64,000 nt of DNA from Candidatus Tectimicrobiota bacterium (GTDB taxonomy: Bacteria; Tectomicrobia; Entotheonellia; Entotheonellales; Entotheonellaceae): assembly GCA_047517385.1 (NCBI GenBank), contig JAKZSW010000003.1, forward strand, positions 361-64,360, written 5' to 3'. Below, piece by piece: positions 29,520 through 39,206 of the stretch; position 1 is the stretch's first letter; each line of letters begins with the position of its first letter. Both the position numbers and the translations under genes were made by a program. Under the pieces are notes generated by a model. The model was not told the origin of the DNA. It did not search any database and was given only the letters and a program-made list of their open reading frames with translations.

Positions 29520-30574
29520 ATGAGCGATCATGCAAGCGAAGCATATCCAGGGTCCCGCAGAAAACCGTGGCAAGCAGCGCTTCTTAGCTTATTACTCCCA
29601 GGTCTTGGTCATATCTATAATGGCGAAGCGAAAAAAGGCATCTTATATCACTGTTTGCTCTGGGTAATTGTACTTGCCTTCCTCGTGATGGGGATGGAAC
29701 TATCACTCCCTCCTTTTAATCTCGCCATTCCTATACTTATTGTATCTGTTTTGTATCTCTATATTGCTTTTGATGCAATACGAATGGCCCGATGGCAGGA
29801 AAACACTTTCCGCAAGAAGTCATATAACAGATGGTACTTCTATCTGATCGCCTGGGTAATTTCTGTATTTGTAGCACAGCCAATTCTAAACCAAGTCATG
29901 CGACGTGTTGTGATACAGGCGTTCAAAATACCTTCCGGAGCAATGGAGGGCACTCTGCTCAACGGCGACCACATTCTGGTGAACAAATTTCTCTATCACT
30001 TCACCGATCCCACACAATTCGACGTTATCATCTTCCGGTATCCTTGGGACGAGGAGCGCGACTTCATCAAGCGTGTCATCGTGCTCCCCGGCGACCGGGT
30101 GGAAGTTCGAGACCGGCAGGTTTATGTGAACGGTGGGGCACTGGAGCAGGAATGGTACCTGCACGAGACGGCCTCCCTGGGCCACGTTGGCTTCGGACCG
30201 ATCGTCGTCCCGCGGGAAGGGGACACAGTCGAGATCCGGCAGGACCAAAACCTCTATCTGAACAACGAACGCGTTCCCATCCCCTCCGGGACGTTTACCC
30301 GCGCGACCACGGTCCACCCATGGACGGTTTTCAAGTGTTTTACGGGCCGCTGTTCCCGCCCGGAACGACCCTGCGGCAGCCGGTCGGGCCGCTAGTGGTC
30401 GAGCATGATTACTACTTTACGCTGGGCGACAACCGCGGCAACAGCAGGGATAGCCGTTTCTAGGGATTTGTCCGAGACTCACAAATCCTTGGTCTGGCGA
30501 AGAGGATCTATTGGTCGTGGGACCGTCATGCAACACAAGTGCGTTGGGAGCGAATCGGCCAGTCTGTGCAATAA
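29520..30574 (+). pseudogene. Second signal peptidase I paralog, with one frameshift and one nonsense codon
   Basis: ORF 29520..30395 carries a lower-GC multi-TM N-terminal module plus the catalytic domain (IPSGAMEGTLL, FIKRVIVLPGD). A T4>T3 run at about 30294-30296 shifts the frame into ORF 29831..30463 (..GDNRGNSRDSRF). A TAG at 30461-30463 sits where copy 1 has TGG. The frame then continues (GFVRDSQILGLAKRIYWSWDR..RWERIGQSVQ) to a TAA at 30572-30574. Confidence 0.8.
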
Positions 30575-30596
30575 CCCATCACAGCTAAAACCATAG

Positions 30597-30796
30597 CCTG
30601 CAAAGGCGCGCATCATGATTTACGTCGATAACGACGTGTTGGAGATGTTTCGTGGACTGGCGGAAAATAGTGGAAAGGGTATCAGACCATTATAAATCAA
30701 GCTCTTTGAGAACACCTTGACCAATCGAGTCCTGCCATCGAAGACGCCATTCTACGTCGCGTGTTGCGTGAAGAACTGCAACGGGCAGGCGTTTAA
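30597..30796 (+). pseudogene. 3' fragment of a DUF4415/BrnA-like antitoxin gene, with a frameshift and a nonsense codon
   Basis: Own reading. KARIMIYVDNDVLEMFRGLAENSGKG then, after a 1-nt loss (ggtatcag instead of ggtTatcag), (Y)QTIINQAL*EHLDQSSPAIEDAILRRVLREELQRAGV. This matches the RLD.DVL.WFK..GKGYQT.IN..LR module. A TGA sits where R (CGA) is expected. The N-terminal half is absent. Confidence 0.5.
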
Positions 30797-30873
30797 GTTC
30801 TATATTTGGCGTCATCTCAAATTGGAATCACTTTAGCGGTACGACGCCCGACACTGAGGCCGAAGGAACAGCC

Positions 30874-32049
30874 GTGAAAATCCATGAGTATCAGGCCAAG
30901 GTAATGTTGCGGGATCATGGCGTGCCCGTTCCGGCGGGGTCGCCGGCATCCTCCGCAGTGCAGGCGAGACAAGCGGCCGAGGCCCTCGGCGGCGAACGCT
31001 GGGTCGTCAAAGCGCAGATTCATGCCGGCGGGCGTGGCAAGGGCGGCGGCATCCGGCGGGCTGCCAGTCTTTCGGAGGTGGAGCACTGCGCCGGACAACT
31101 CCTGGGGAGCCGCCTGGTGACGCCGCAAACTGGGCCGCAAGGCCAGGAAGTGCAGCAGGTTCTTATTGAAGAAGGCTGCGACATCGCCCAGGAGTTGTAT
31201 TGCAGCCTGTTCATCGACCGCGGCGCCGGCCAACCGGCCCTGATGCTTAGCCCCGCCGGGGGCATGGACATCGAGACGGTAGCGGCCGACCATCCTGAGA
31301 GAATCTTCCGCACCCACATCGACGTACTGCTCGGCTTGGCCGACTTCCAGACCCGCGGACTCGTCGCCAACCTGCCCGTCAGCGTCGCGGCGCAACGCGC
31401 CCTGGCACCCCTGCTGCAAAAACTCTACGACGTGTTCCGCGCCAAGGACTGCTCCCTGCTGGAGATCAACCCACTGATTCTGACGCCCGACGACCGTCCC
31501 GTGGTTCTGGACGCCAAAATACAATTCGACGACAACGCCCTGTTCCGCCACCCCGACGTTGCCGCGCTGCGCGATCCCACCGAAGAAGACCCTCTGGAAG
31601 TTGAAGCGGCCGCGTGCGACCTTTCGTACATCAAGCTCTCCGGCAGCGTCGGCTGCATTGTCAACGGCGCCGGCTTGGCCATGGCCACGATGGACGTTAT
31701 CAAGCTGGGCGGCGCTTCCCCGGCCAATTTTCTGGACGTAGGCGGTGCCGCCGATGCCGACAGGGTCGAGAACGCGTTTCGCATTCTGATGGCTGACCCA
31801 CACGTCAAAGCCGTGCTGATCAACATCTTCGGCGGCATTCTGCGCTGCGACGTGTTCGCGGAAGGCGTATTGCATGCAGTGTCCAAGGTTGCGGTGGAAG
31901 TTCCGGTGATTGTTCGCATTGCCGGCACCAACGCCGAAGAAGGCCAGCGATTATTTGCCGAGTCGGATCTGAAATTTTTGGTGGCAGACGACATGGCGGA
32001 CGCTGCTGCCAAGGTATCGCAAGTCATCCGCGCGCAGGACGGACAATGA
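30874..32049 (+). CDS. sucC: Succinyl-CoA synthetase beta subunit
   Basis: 391 aa, GTG start. MKIHEYQAK.., [27 protein letters not shown]. Confidence 0.95.
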   Translation: MKIHEYQAKVMLRDHGVPVPAGSPASSAVQARQAAEALGGERWVVKAQIHAGGRGKGGGIRRAASLSEVEHCAGQLLGSRLVTPQTGPQGQEVQQVLIEEGCDIAQELYCSLFIDRGAGQPALMLSPAGGMDIETVAADHPERIFRTHIDVLLGLADFQTRGLVANLPVSVAAQRALAPLLQKLYDVFRAKDCSLLEINPLILTPDDRPVVLDAKIQFDDNALFRHPDVAALRDPTEEDPLEVEAAACDLSYIKLSGSVGCIVNGAGLAMATMDVIKLGGASPANFLDVGGAADADRVENAFRILMADPHVKAVLINIFGGILRCDVFAEGVLHAVSKVAVEVPVIVRIAGTNAEEGQRLFAESDLKFLVADDMADAAAKVSQVIRAQDGQ

Positions 32050-32921
32050 GTATTCTGGTCGACAAAAATACCCGCCTACTTGTGCAGGGTATGGGACGAG
32101 AAGGGCGATTTCACGCCGAGCAGGCGGTGGACTACGGCACGCGCTACGTCGGCGGCGTGAATCCGGGCCGCGGCGGCGGCGCAGCCCTGGGGCGGCCGCT
32201 GTTCAACACGGTGGCGAGCGCCGTGGCCGATACCGGCGCGAACACCAGCATCATCTTCGTGCCCGCGCCCTTCGCGGCGGACGCCATCTGCGAGGCCGTC
32301 GACGCCGGTATCGACCTGATCGTTTGCATTACCGACGGCATTCCGGTGCTGGATATGGTCACGGTACGGCGCTATATGGCGGGCAGGGTCGCCACCCTGA
32401 TCGGCCCCAATTGCCCGGGCGTCATATCGCCGGGCAAAGCCAAGGTGGGCATCATGCCGGCACACATTCACCAGCCCGGACGCGTCGGGGTGATTTCCCG
32501 TAGTGGCACGCTGACCTACGAGGCGGTGGCGCAACTCACTGCGCGCGGCATCGGGCAATCCACCTGCGTCGGCATTGGCGGCGACCCGATCGGCGGCCTC
32601 AATTTCGTGCAGTGCCTGAGGCTGTTCGAGGCGGATACGGACACCGACGTCATCGTTTTGATCGGAGAGATCGGTGGCTCAGCGGAGGAAGAAGCGGCCG
32701 CCTATATCGCCGAGCACGTCAGCAAGCCGGTGGTCGGGTTTATCGCCGGACAAAGCGCGCCCCCGGGCCGCCGCATGGGGCACGCCGGGGCGATCATCGA
32801 CGGGGCCCGAGGCACCGCGGCCTCGAAAATTGCAGCTATGGAAGAAAACGGTCTCACGGTCGTCCGCAGCCCCGCCGGCATCGGCGCGGCGGTGGCGGAC
32901 GTGTTGGACGGGAACACCTGA
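32046..32921 (+). CDS. sucD: Succinyl-CoA synthetase alpha subunit
   Basis: 291 aa, 4-nt overlap with suc[12 protein letters not shown], and the phosphohistidine loop GHAGAII. Confidence 0.95.
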   Translation: MSILVDKNTRLLVQGMGREGRFHAEQAVDYGTRYVGGVNPGRGGGAALGRPLFNTVASAVADTGANTSIIFVPAPFAADAICEAVDAGIDLIVCITDGIPVLDMVTVRRYMAGRVATLIGPNCPGVISPGKAKVGIMPAHIHQPGRVGVISRSGTLTYEAVAQLTARGIGQSTCVGIGGDPIGGLNFVQCLRLFEADTDTDVIVLIGEIGGSAEEEAAAYIAEHVSKPVVGFIAGQSAPPGRRMGHAGAIIDGARGTAASKIAAMEENGLTVVRSPAGIGAAVADVLDGNT

Positions 32922-32932
32922 AAGGGCAAAAT

Positions 32933-33355
32933 TTGGAACGCACGTTAGCCATCATTAAACCGGACGCCGTGGGGCGCAACCTGGCGGGCAGCGTCATCGC
33001 CCGTCTGCAAAGCGAAGGATTCGTCGTGCTCGGGCTGAAAATGATCCGTCTCAGCCAGGACGACGCCAAGCGGTTTTACGCCGTACACCGCGAGCGGCCG
33101 TTCTTCGACAGCCTGACCGCCTACATGGCGTCAGGGCCAATCATGCCGCTGCTCCTGCAACGCGATGAGGCCGTTAAGACCTTGCGCGACGTGATGGGCG
33201 CCACCGATCCGAGCCAAGCGGCGCCGGGTACCCTACGGCAGGAATTCGGCGTCGACGTGGAGAAAAATTCCATCCACGGGTCCGATTCGCCCGCTTCGGC
33301 GGCGCAGGAAATTCCGTTCTTCTTCAGCCAACTGGAGTGTCACGAACCTTCTTGA
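32933..33355 (+). CDS. ndk: Nucleoside-diphosphate kinase
   Basis: TTG start at 32933 ((M)ERTLAIIKPD) inside ORF 32612..33355, 140 aa. Active-site NSIHGSDS. Confidence 0.9.
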   Translation: MERTLAIIKPDAVGRNLAGSVIARLQSEGFVVLGLKMIRLSQDDAKRFYAVHRERPFFDSLTAYMASGPIMPLLLQRDEAVKTLRDVMGATDPSQAAPGTLRQEFGVDVEKNSIHGSDSPASAAQEIPFFFSQLECHEPS

Positions 33356-34482
33356 GCAGGGCGGGTGTCGTAGACGGTGAGGGACCGCTCCCGATCCTGG
33401 TGCCGTTCGAGGGCGAGGCTCACGAGGTTGTCGATCAGTTGCGCGTATGATACGCCCCCCGCCTCCCACAGTTTCGGGTACATACTGATCGTGGTAAAGC
33501 CCGGCAGGGTGTTGATTTCGTTCACGTAGGGCTTGCCGGTGCGGGTTTCGAAGAAGAAATCCACCCGCGCCAGCCCGGCGGCGTCCACCGCTTGGAAGGC
33601 GGTCACCGCCATGGCACGCAGTTTGTCGGCCAGGGCGGCATCGATGTCGGCGGGGATGCGCAGCTCGCTCGTTTCGTCGTCGCTGTATTTCGCCTGGTAA
33701 TCGTAAAACTCCCGCGACGGAATAATCTCGCCGATCACCGAGGTTTGTGGTTCGTCATTTCCCAAAACGCTGCACTCAAACTCGCGGCATTCCAGCCCTT
33801 GCTCGACCAGCACGCGACGATCATAACGGCACGCCAGATCCAGGGCCTCCGACAGGCCGTCCGCGTCGCTCACCTTGGAAATCCCCACGCTCGACCCAAG
33901 ATTCGCCGGCTTGACGAAGACCGGCAGCCGTAGCGTTTGCAGGATGCGGTCGCGGACGACCGCCGGCTGCCGTTCCCACTCATGGCGTCGGACGAGCAAG
34001 TGCGGCAACACGGGCAGACCGGCAGCGGCGAAGAGCGTCTTCATGACGTCCTTGTCCATGCCTGCGGCCGACCCCAGCACCCCCGATCCAACGTAGGGCA
34101 CGTTGGCGAGTTCCAGCAGCCCTTGCACGGTGCCGTCCTCGCCGTATGTGCCGTGCAGCAGCGGAAACACGACGTCCACTTCCTGCGCCTGCTCTGGTTG
34201 TACCGCCGCGGCGTTGGACAACGGCAACAAGCCGGGCTGTTGCGGATCACTGGAAAATAGGGCTACGGAAGCGGCGGGATGAGCGCCGGCAGTAAGCCGG
34301 GCGGGTTCGACGCCCGGCAGCCAACGTCCCTCGGGCGTCAGGTAGACGGGCAGAACGTCGTACTTATCCTTGTCGATGGCCTGCATGACCGACGTGGCCG
34401 AGGCGATGGACACGTCATGCTCGCCCGAACGACCGCCGTAGAGGAGGGCGAGGCGGATTCTGGGCGAGGCGTCTTTCGGCAT
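33340..34482 (-). CDS. ddl: D-alanine--D-alanine ligase
   Basis: 380 aa. [28 protein letters not shown], and the ATP-grasp C-terminus EINTLPGFT. Its 3' end overlaps ndk by 16 bp. Confidence 0.92.
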   Translation of the reverse strand: MPKDASPRIRLALLYGGRSGEHDVSIASATSVMQAIDKDKYDVLPVYLTPEGRWLPGVEPARLTAGAHPAASVALFSSDPQQPGLLPLSNAAAVQPEQAQEVDVVFPLLHGTYGEDGTVQGLLELANVPYVGSGVLGSAAGMDKDVMKTLFAAAGLPVLPHLLVRRHEWERQPAVVRDRILQTLRLPVFVKPANLGSSVGISKVSDADGLSEALDLACRYDRRVLVEQGLECREFECSVLGNDEPQTSVIGEIIPSREFYDYQAKYSDDETSELRIPADIDAALADKLRAMAVTAFQAVDAAGLARVDFFFETRTGKPYVNEINTLPGFTTISMYPKLWEAGGVSYAQLIDNLVSLALERHQDRERSLTVYDTRPAQEGS

Positions 34483-34503
34483 GCGCGGTTCCTCGGGGCA
34501 ACC

Positions 34504-35898
34504 TTACAGTAGATAACCGTACTTGAAGTTCGACCGTTCGATGCGGCGTTTGAGCTGCGTCACCTTCTCGTTCTCTTCCTGGAACGGATCGTTGCACTTC
34601 ACCCACAGATTCAGCAGGTAGCCGATGCGGATGTAGTTCCAATCCAGGTCATACGGGATGCGCTTCTTCTTCGCCAGCTTGATCAGTTCGCCGCGCATTT
34701 TGGCCCGCGTGTTCTGCGGCGGATCCACCATGGCCTTTTCGATGTCGGCATCGGATACGATGCGGTCGACCTGCCCCCGGCGCTCCAGGAGGGAATACAA
34801 GCCCTTTTCGCGGCGAATGTCGTGATACTGCAGGTCGAGCATCAGAAACCGGTCGCTGCGCGCCTCCGCCGCCATGCGGGAACGCTCGCCATAGGTCTTG
34901 AGCATGTGCATCTTGATCACCCAATCGATCTCGCGGTGCAACTGCAGAGGTTCTTCGGCGAGCTTGGTGAGCACGTACTCCCACTTCTGCAGGATGTCGG
35001 CGGCCAAGGCGCCCATCTTGCGGGTGCTGTAATAGGTGTGGGCCAGTTCGAGATACTGTTTCTGCAACTCCAGGGGCGAATAGCGCTTGCCATTGTTCAA
35101 CGGAACCGATTCGCGGCAGGTCAGGTCGCGCGAGATGTCCTTGATGGCCCGTACCGGGTTGCGCAGGGCGAAGCGCGGGGTGATGAAATCGTCCTCGATC
35201 ATCTGCAGCACGATGGCGGTGGTGCCAACCTTCAGATACGTGGTGAACTCCGACATGTTGGAATCGCCCACGATGATGTGCAGGCGGCGGTACTTTTCCT
35301 TCATGGCGTGCGGTTCATCGCGGGTATTGATGATGCTGCGCTCGTTGGTCGTGGTGCCGGAAATTTTTTGCCGGATGTGCTGGGCGCGCTGCGAGATGTG
35401 AAAGACGGTGCCGCGGCGCGTGCGGAAGACCTTGCCGGAGCCGGTGAAGATCTGGCGCGTGACCAGAAACGGGATGAGCTGCTCGGCCATGTAGTAGAAG
35501 TCCGAGGTCCGCTCAGCGAGGTAATTCTCGTGGCAGCCGTAGGAGTTGCCGACAAAATCGGTATTGTTCTTGAAAATCGCCAGATCGCCGGGAAAGCCCT
35601 CCTCGCGCACCCTGTTCTGGGCGTGCCGGAGCAGATTTTCGAGGATGCGGTCACCGGCCTTGTCGTAGATGACCACGTCCTGCGGACTGGCGCACTCGGG
35701 CGTGGCGTATTCGGGATGACAGCCGGTATCGAGGTAGAAGCGGGCGCCGTTTTCCAGGAAGACGTTCAGGAAGCCCTCGGTCGTGATCAACTTTTCAAAC
35801 AGGTAGCGCACCACTTTTTCGGAAGGGAGGGAGCGGCGTCCGTTCGCCGTGAAGGAAATACCGTATTCGTTTTCGAGGCCGTAAATGCGTTTCTTCAT
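34504..35898 (-). CDS. pafA: Pup--protein ligase
   Basis: 464 aa. IYGLENEYG, and SGKVFRTRRGTVFHISQRAQHI..IINTRDEPHA..YRRLHIIVGDSNMSE, i.e. PafA-type with no Dop-loop insertion. Last gene of the proteasome cluster. Confidence 0.9.
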   Translation of the reverse strand: MKKRIYGLENEYGISFTANGRRSLPSEKVVRYLFEKLITTEGFLNVFLENGARFYLDTGCHPEYATPECASPQDVVIYDKAGDRILENLLRHAQNRVREEGFPGDLAIFKNNTDFVGNSYGCHENYLAERTSDFYYMAEQLIPFLVTRQIFTGSGKVFRTRRGTVFHISQRAQHIRQKISGTTTNERSIINTRDEPHAMKEKYRRLHIIVGDSNMSEFTTYLKVGTTAIVLQMIEDDFITPRFALRNPVRAIKDISRDLTCRESVPLNNGKRYSPLELQKQYLELAHTYYSTRKMGALAADILQKWEYVLTKLAEEPLQLHREIDWVIKMHMLKTYGERSRMAAEARSDRFLMLDLQYHDIRREKGLYSLLERRGQVDRIVSDADIEKAMVDPPQNTRAKMRGELIKLAKKKRIPYDLDWNYIRIGYLLNLWVKCNDPFQEENEKVTQLKRRIERSNFKYGYLL

Positions 35899-36605
35899 AG
35901 CAGTTCGACTTCATCGCCAGCGGTGGCCATCGCCGCGGCGACCTCAGCCGGCGTCATGCGATAAAACTTGCGGTCAATGCGTTCGCGATCAAGGATGCCG
36001 ACTTCCAGTGCACCGGGCTCGTCCGGCGGCCGCTCGTAGCCGGCCATAACGCCGCGATGGCTGAGCATCAACGCTTCGGACAGGCTCAGGTTGGCGGTGT
36101 AGTGATCCTGCAAATAGGCCACGATGCGATCCGAATGGCCACCGATGACCGCAAACTGTTGCCGGTCGCTGATGGAGCCGTCGAACGACACGTGGTACAT
36201 CTGATTGGCCGCCTTCTCTTCACCGACCTCCACCACCAGAATCTCCACTTCCAGCGGCTTCGGATCTCGTGTAAAGACTGTGCCGATGATGTCGGAGTAA
36301 CCCTTGGCCAGCGATTTGGTGGTCACGTCACGGCGGCTGGAGGCATAGCCGGTAATATCGGCGTAGCGGATGCCGATTTTGCGCAAGTTCTCGAATTCGC
36401 TGTATTTGCCTGCGCCGGCAAAAGCGATACGGTCATAAATTTCGGATATCTTGTTCAGGGACACACTCGGATTTTCGGCCATCAGCAGCAAGCCGCCCGC
36501 GTACTCCATGGCCACGATCGACTTGCCTTTGGCGATGCCTTTGCGGGCATACTCGGCCTTGTCCTGCATAACCTGGTCAGGGGAAACGTAAAAAGGAACG
36601 GCCAT
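35895..36605 (-). CDS. prcA: Proteasome alpha subunit
   Basis: 236 aa. MAVPFYVSPDQVMQDKAEYARKGIAKG is the bacterial 20S alpha N-terminus. Confidence 0.92.
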   Translation of the reverse strand: MAVPFYVSPDQVMQDKAEYARKGIAKGKSIVAMEYAGGLLLMAENPSVSLNKISEIYDRIAFAGAGKYSEFENLRKIGIRYADITGYASSRRDVTTKSLAKGYSDIIGTVFTRDPKPLEVEILVVEVGEEKAANQMYHVSFDGSISDRQQFAVIGGHSDRIVAYLQDHYTANLSLSEALMLSHRGVMAGYERPPDEPGALEVGILDRERIDRKFYRMTPAEVAAAMATAGDEVELL

Positions 36606-36609
36606 GTAC

Positions 36610-37407
36610 TTAGCCTTTCACGACGCTGAGCAACCTCTCGCTCACACCGCACAATTCCTCGTCGTTCACGTCCGCGGTACCGTCAAGGGTGACGATCTTG
36701 ACCAGCGGATAAATGCCCCGAGCCAAATCCGGTCCGCTGGTGCCAACGTCTATGTCGGCGGCATCCACCAAGGCTTCGAGCGCCAAGGCAATCGCCTCGG
36801 TGCGCGACAGCCCGTCCTTGTACAGCTTTCGCATGGTGCTGCGAGCCTCTTTTCCTCCAGAGCCGGTGGCGTAAAACTGGCGTTCTTCGTATCGCCCGCC
36901 GGTCACGTCGTACTTGAAGATGCGGCCCTGTTCGGCGTGGACATCGTAACCGGCGAAAATCGGCACCACGACCAACCCCTGGAAGGCGGCCGGGAGATTC
37001 TGCTTGACCATCTGGGCCAAGCGATTTGCCTTGCCCTCCAAAGTCAGCGGGGCGCCCTCGATCTTCTCGTAGTGCTCCATCTCGATCTGGAACAACTTGG
37101 CCATGTCCAAACACGGCCCGGCGACCCCAGCCATGGCGACGACGGAGTGACTGTCGGCGTTGTAGAGTTTCTCGATGCGCCGCGACGCCACCTCGAAGCC
37201 CTCGGTGGCCTGCCGGTCGCCCGCCATCACCACGCCGTCGGCAAAACACAGCGCCAGGATGGTTGTGGCGAAAGGCACCGTCTCCAGTAGCCGCGACTCG
37301 CCTGCGGGTATCTGGGGCAAATGTTGCAACGGCAGCATGTGCGGAAAATCGTGTCGCAACAGATCGAAGAAACTCGATCCCTTATAGCTGCCTGACCACA
37401 ACGACAC
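36610..37407 (-). CDS. prcB: Proteasome beta subunit (with propeptide)
   Basis: 265 aa. Propeptide followed by the catalytic Thr in ..VPFATTILAL, then GDRQAT and ATGSGG. Confidence 0.92.
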   Translation of the reverse strand: MSLWSGSYKGSSFFDLLRHDFPHMLPLQHLPQIPAGESRLLETVPFATTILALCFADGVVMAGDRQATEGFEVASRRIEKLYNADSHSVVAMAGVAGPCLDMAKLFQIEMEHYEKIEGAPLTLEGKANRLAQMVKQNLPAAFQGLVVVPIFAGYDVHAEQGRIFKYDVTGGRYEERQFYATGSGGKEARSTMRKLYKDGLSRTEAIALALEALVDAADIDVGTSGPDLARGIYPLVKIVTLDGTADVNDEELCGVSERLLSVVKG

Positions 37408-37408
37408 C

Positions 37409-37663
37409 TTATTCTCCCCCTCGCTGCACGTAATTCTTCACGAACTCCTCGGCGTTCTCTTCAAGCACCTCGTCGATCTCGTCGATCAAGGCGTCCAACT
37501 CGTCCTTGAGTTTGTCGCCCTTCTCCGACAGGTCGCTCGCCGGGGTCGTCGTGCTGTCCGTCTGCGTCTCGCTGCGCCGGGTGCCGCGCTGCTGTCCACC
37601 CTCGGCGCAGGTGACGATTCTATGCCAACTGTTTGCTACTCCAGGGGCCTGCTTGACGATCAT
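37409..37663 (-). CDS. pup: Prokaryotic ubiquitin-like protein Pup (84 aa, C-terminal GGE)
   Basis: ATG at 37663 with GGAAGGAG 5 nt upstream, inside ORF 37409..37879. C-terminus DELDALIDEIDEVLEENAEEFVKNYVQRGGE is the Pup signature. Sits between dop and prcB. Confidence 0.85.
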   Translation of the reverse strand: MIVKQAPGVANSWHRIVTCAEGGQQRGTRRSETQTDSTTTPASDLSEKGDKLKDELDALIDEIDEVLEENAEEFVKNYVQRGGE

Positions 37664-37692
37664 GAGTACTCCTTCCAGCCCGCCCGAGCGGA

Positions 37693-39180
37693 TTACGTAA
37701 CGATATTTTTCACCAGTTCCGCAGCGGTCTCCGAGCGATCGAGCAACTGTTGTACGTGCGACTTGGTGCCGCGCAGGGGTTCTTCCATCATGATGCGCTT
37801 GATGGGTCCGTCGCCAAGGTTGAACGAGATGGAGTCCCAGTTGACGCCGAAAATCTGGTGCTTGAACTTCTTCAGACACTGGCCGCGGAAGTACGCCCGG
37901 GTGTCCTCCGGCGGCTCATCCATGGCGTACACGATCTCCGCCTCGCTGATCATGCGGCGGGCGGCGCCGTTGCGCTCCAGAATGGCGTACAAGCTCTTCT
38001 CCGGGCGAATATCGTGATATTGCAGGTCCATCATGGCCACACGCGGGTCGTCCCAATCGCTGCCCCGGCGGTCGATGTAATTGCGCATCAGGTGCATCTT
38101 CATCACCCAGTCGATTTCACGGTGCAGGTCCATCGGGTCGGCCGCCAAACAATCGAGCACCCGTCCCCACTCGCGCACCACGCCGGGATAGGTAGGGTGG
38201 TAATCCGCATGCGTTTCGACGTAGCGCTGCGCCGCCTCCCAAAAACAGCGCTGGATGTCGATGGCTGTCATTTTGGTGCCGTTGCGCATGGGCAGGCTGA
38301 GCTTGCACGTCAGGTCGTGCGACACGTCCCGCAGCGCCCGAACCGGATTGCGCAAGGCCAAGGGGGCCGGCAGGAAACCCTCCTCGATCATCTCCAGCAC
38401 GAGGAGCGTCGTGCCCACTTTCAGGTAAGTGGTGTACTCGGACATGTTGGCATCGCCGATGATCACGTGCAGACGGCGATAACGGTCGCGGTTGGCGTGG
38501 GGCTCGTCGCGGGTGTTGATAATGGGGCGTTTCACCATTGTATCAAGGCCCATTTCGGTCTCGAAGAAATCCGCCCGCTGCGAAATCTGGTAGGGCACCG
38601 GATCGGCGCCGTTTTCGGAGCCCACCTTGCCGGCGCCGCTGTATATCTGGCGCGTCACCAGAAACGGCATCAGGTGTTCCGCCAGCAGTTGGAACGGCGT
38701 GCGGCGATCCAGAAGGTAGTTCTCGTGGTAGCCGTAGCTGCTGCCTTTGCGATCACTGTTGTTCTTGTAAATGATGATCGTGTGGCCGTTCGGGATGAGT
38801 TGATTCGCGCCGGCGCAACTGCGGTTCAGGATGCGCTCTCCGGCCTTCTCGTAGCGCAACAGATCCAAAACGTTTGAGCACTCCGGCGTCGAGTACTCCG
38901 GGTGCGCGTGATCCACATAAAACCGCGCGCCGTTGTTCAGGATTTTGTTCAACGCCATATTGTCTTGCTGATCGGGTACCTCGCACATCTCGTCGTGTTC
39001 AAAACCCCGCGCGTCGACCAACGGTTCTTCCTGATCGTAATCCCACAACAGCCTCAACGACTGATCGGTGTTGTAGCTGTTGACCAGCAACAACGAGGTG
39101 GCGATCGAGTCGAAGTCCCGGTCGTTCTGCACGGTAAGGCCGAATTCCGTTTCCGAACCGATAATCTTGGGGAATGCCAT
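37693..39180 (-). CDS. dop: Depupylase/deamidase Dop
   Basis: 495 aa. IIGSETEFG, and GAGKVGSENGADPVPYQISQRADFFE..IINTRDEPHA..YRRLHVIIGDANMSE (Dop-type loop). Sits between mpa and pup. Confidence 0.9.
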   Translation of the reverse strand: MAFPKIIGSETEFGLTVQNDRDFDSIATSLLLVNSYNTDQSLRLLWDYDQEEPLVDARGFEHDEMCEVPDQQDNMALNKILNNGARFYVDHAHPEYSTPECSNVLDLLRYEKAGERILNRSCAGANQLIPNGHTIIIYKNNSDRKGSSYGYHENYLLDRRTPFQLLAEHLMPFLVTRQIYSGAGKVGSENGADPVPYQISQRADFFETEMGLDTMVKRPIINTRDEPHANRDRYRRLHVIIGDANMSEYTTYLKVGTTLLVLEMIEEGFLPAPLALRNPVRALRDVSHDLTCKLSLPMRNGTKMTAIDIQRCFWEAAQRYVETHADYHPTYPGVVREWGRVLDCLAADPMDLHREIDWVMKMHLMRNYIDRRGSDWDDPRVAMMDLQYHDIRPEKSLYAILERNGAARRMISEAEIVYAMDEPPEDTRAYFRGQCLKKFKHQIFGVNWDSISFNLGDGPIKRIMMEEPLRGTKSHVQQLLDRSETAAELVKNIVT

Positions 39181-39206
39181 ACCGCCTCCGCGATGCCCGT
39201 TCGGCC

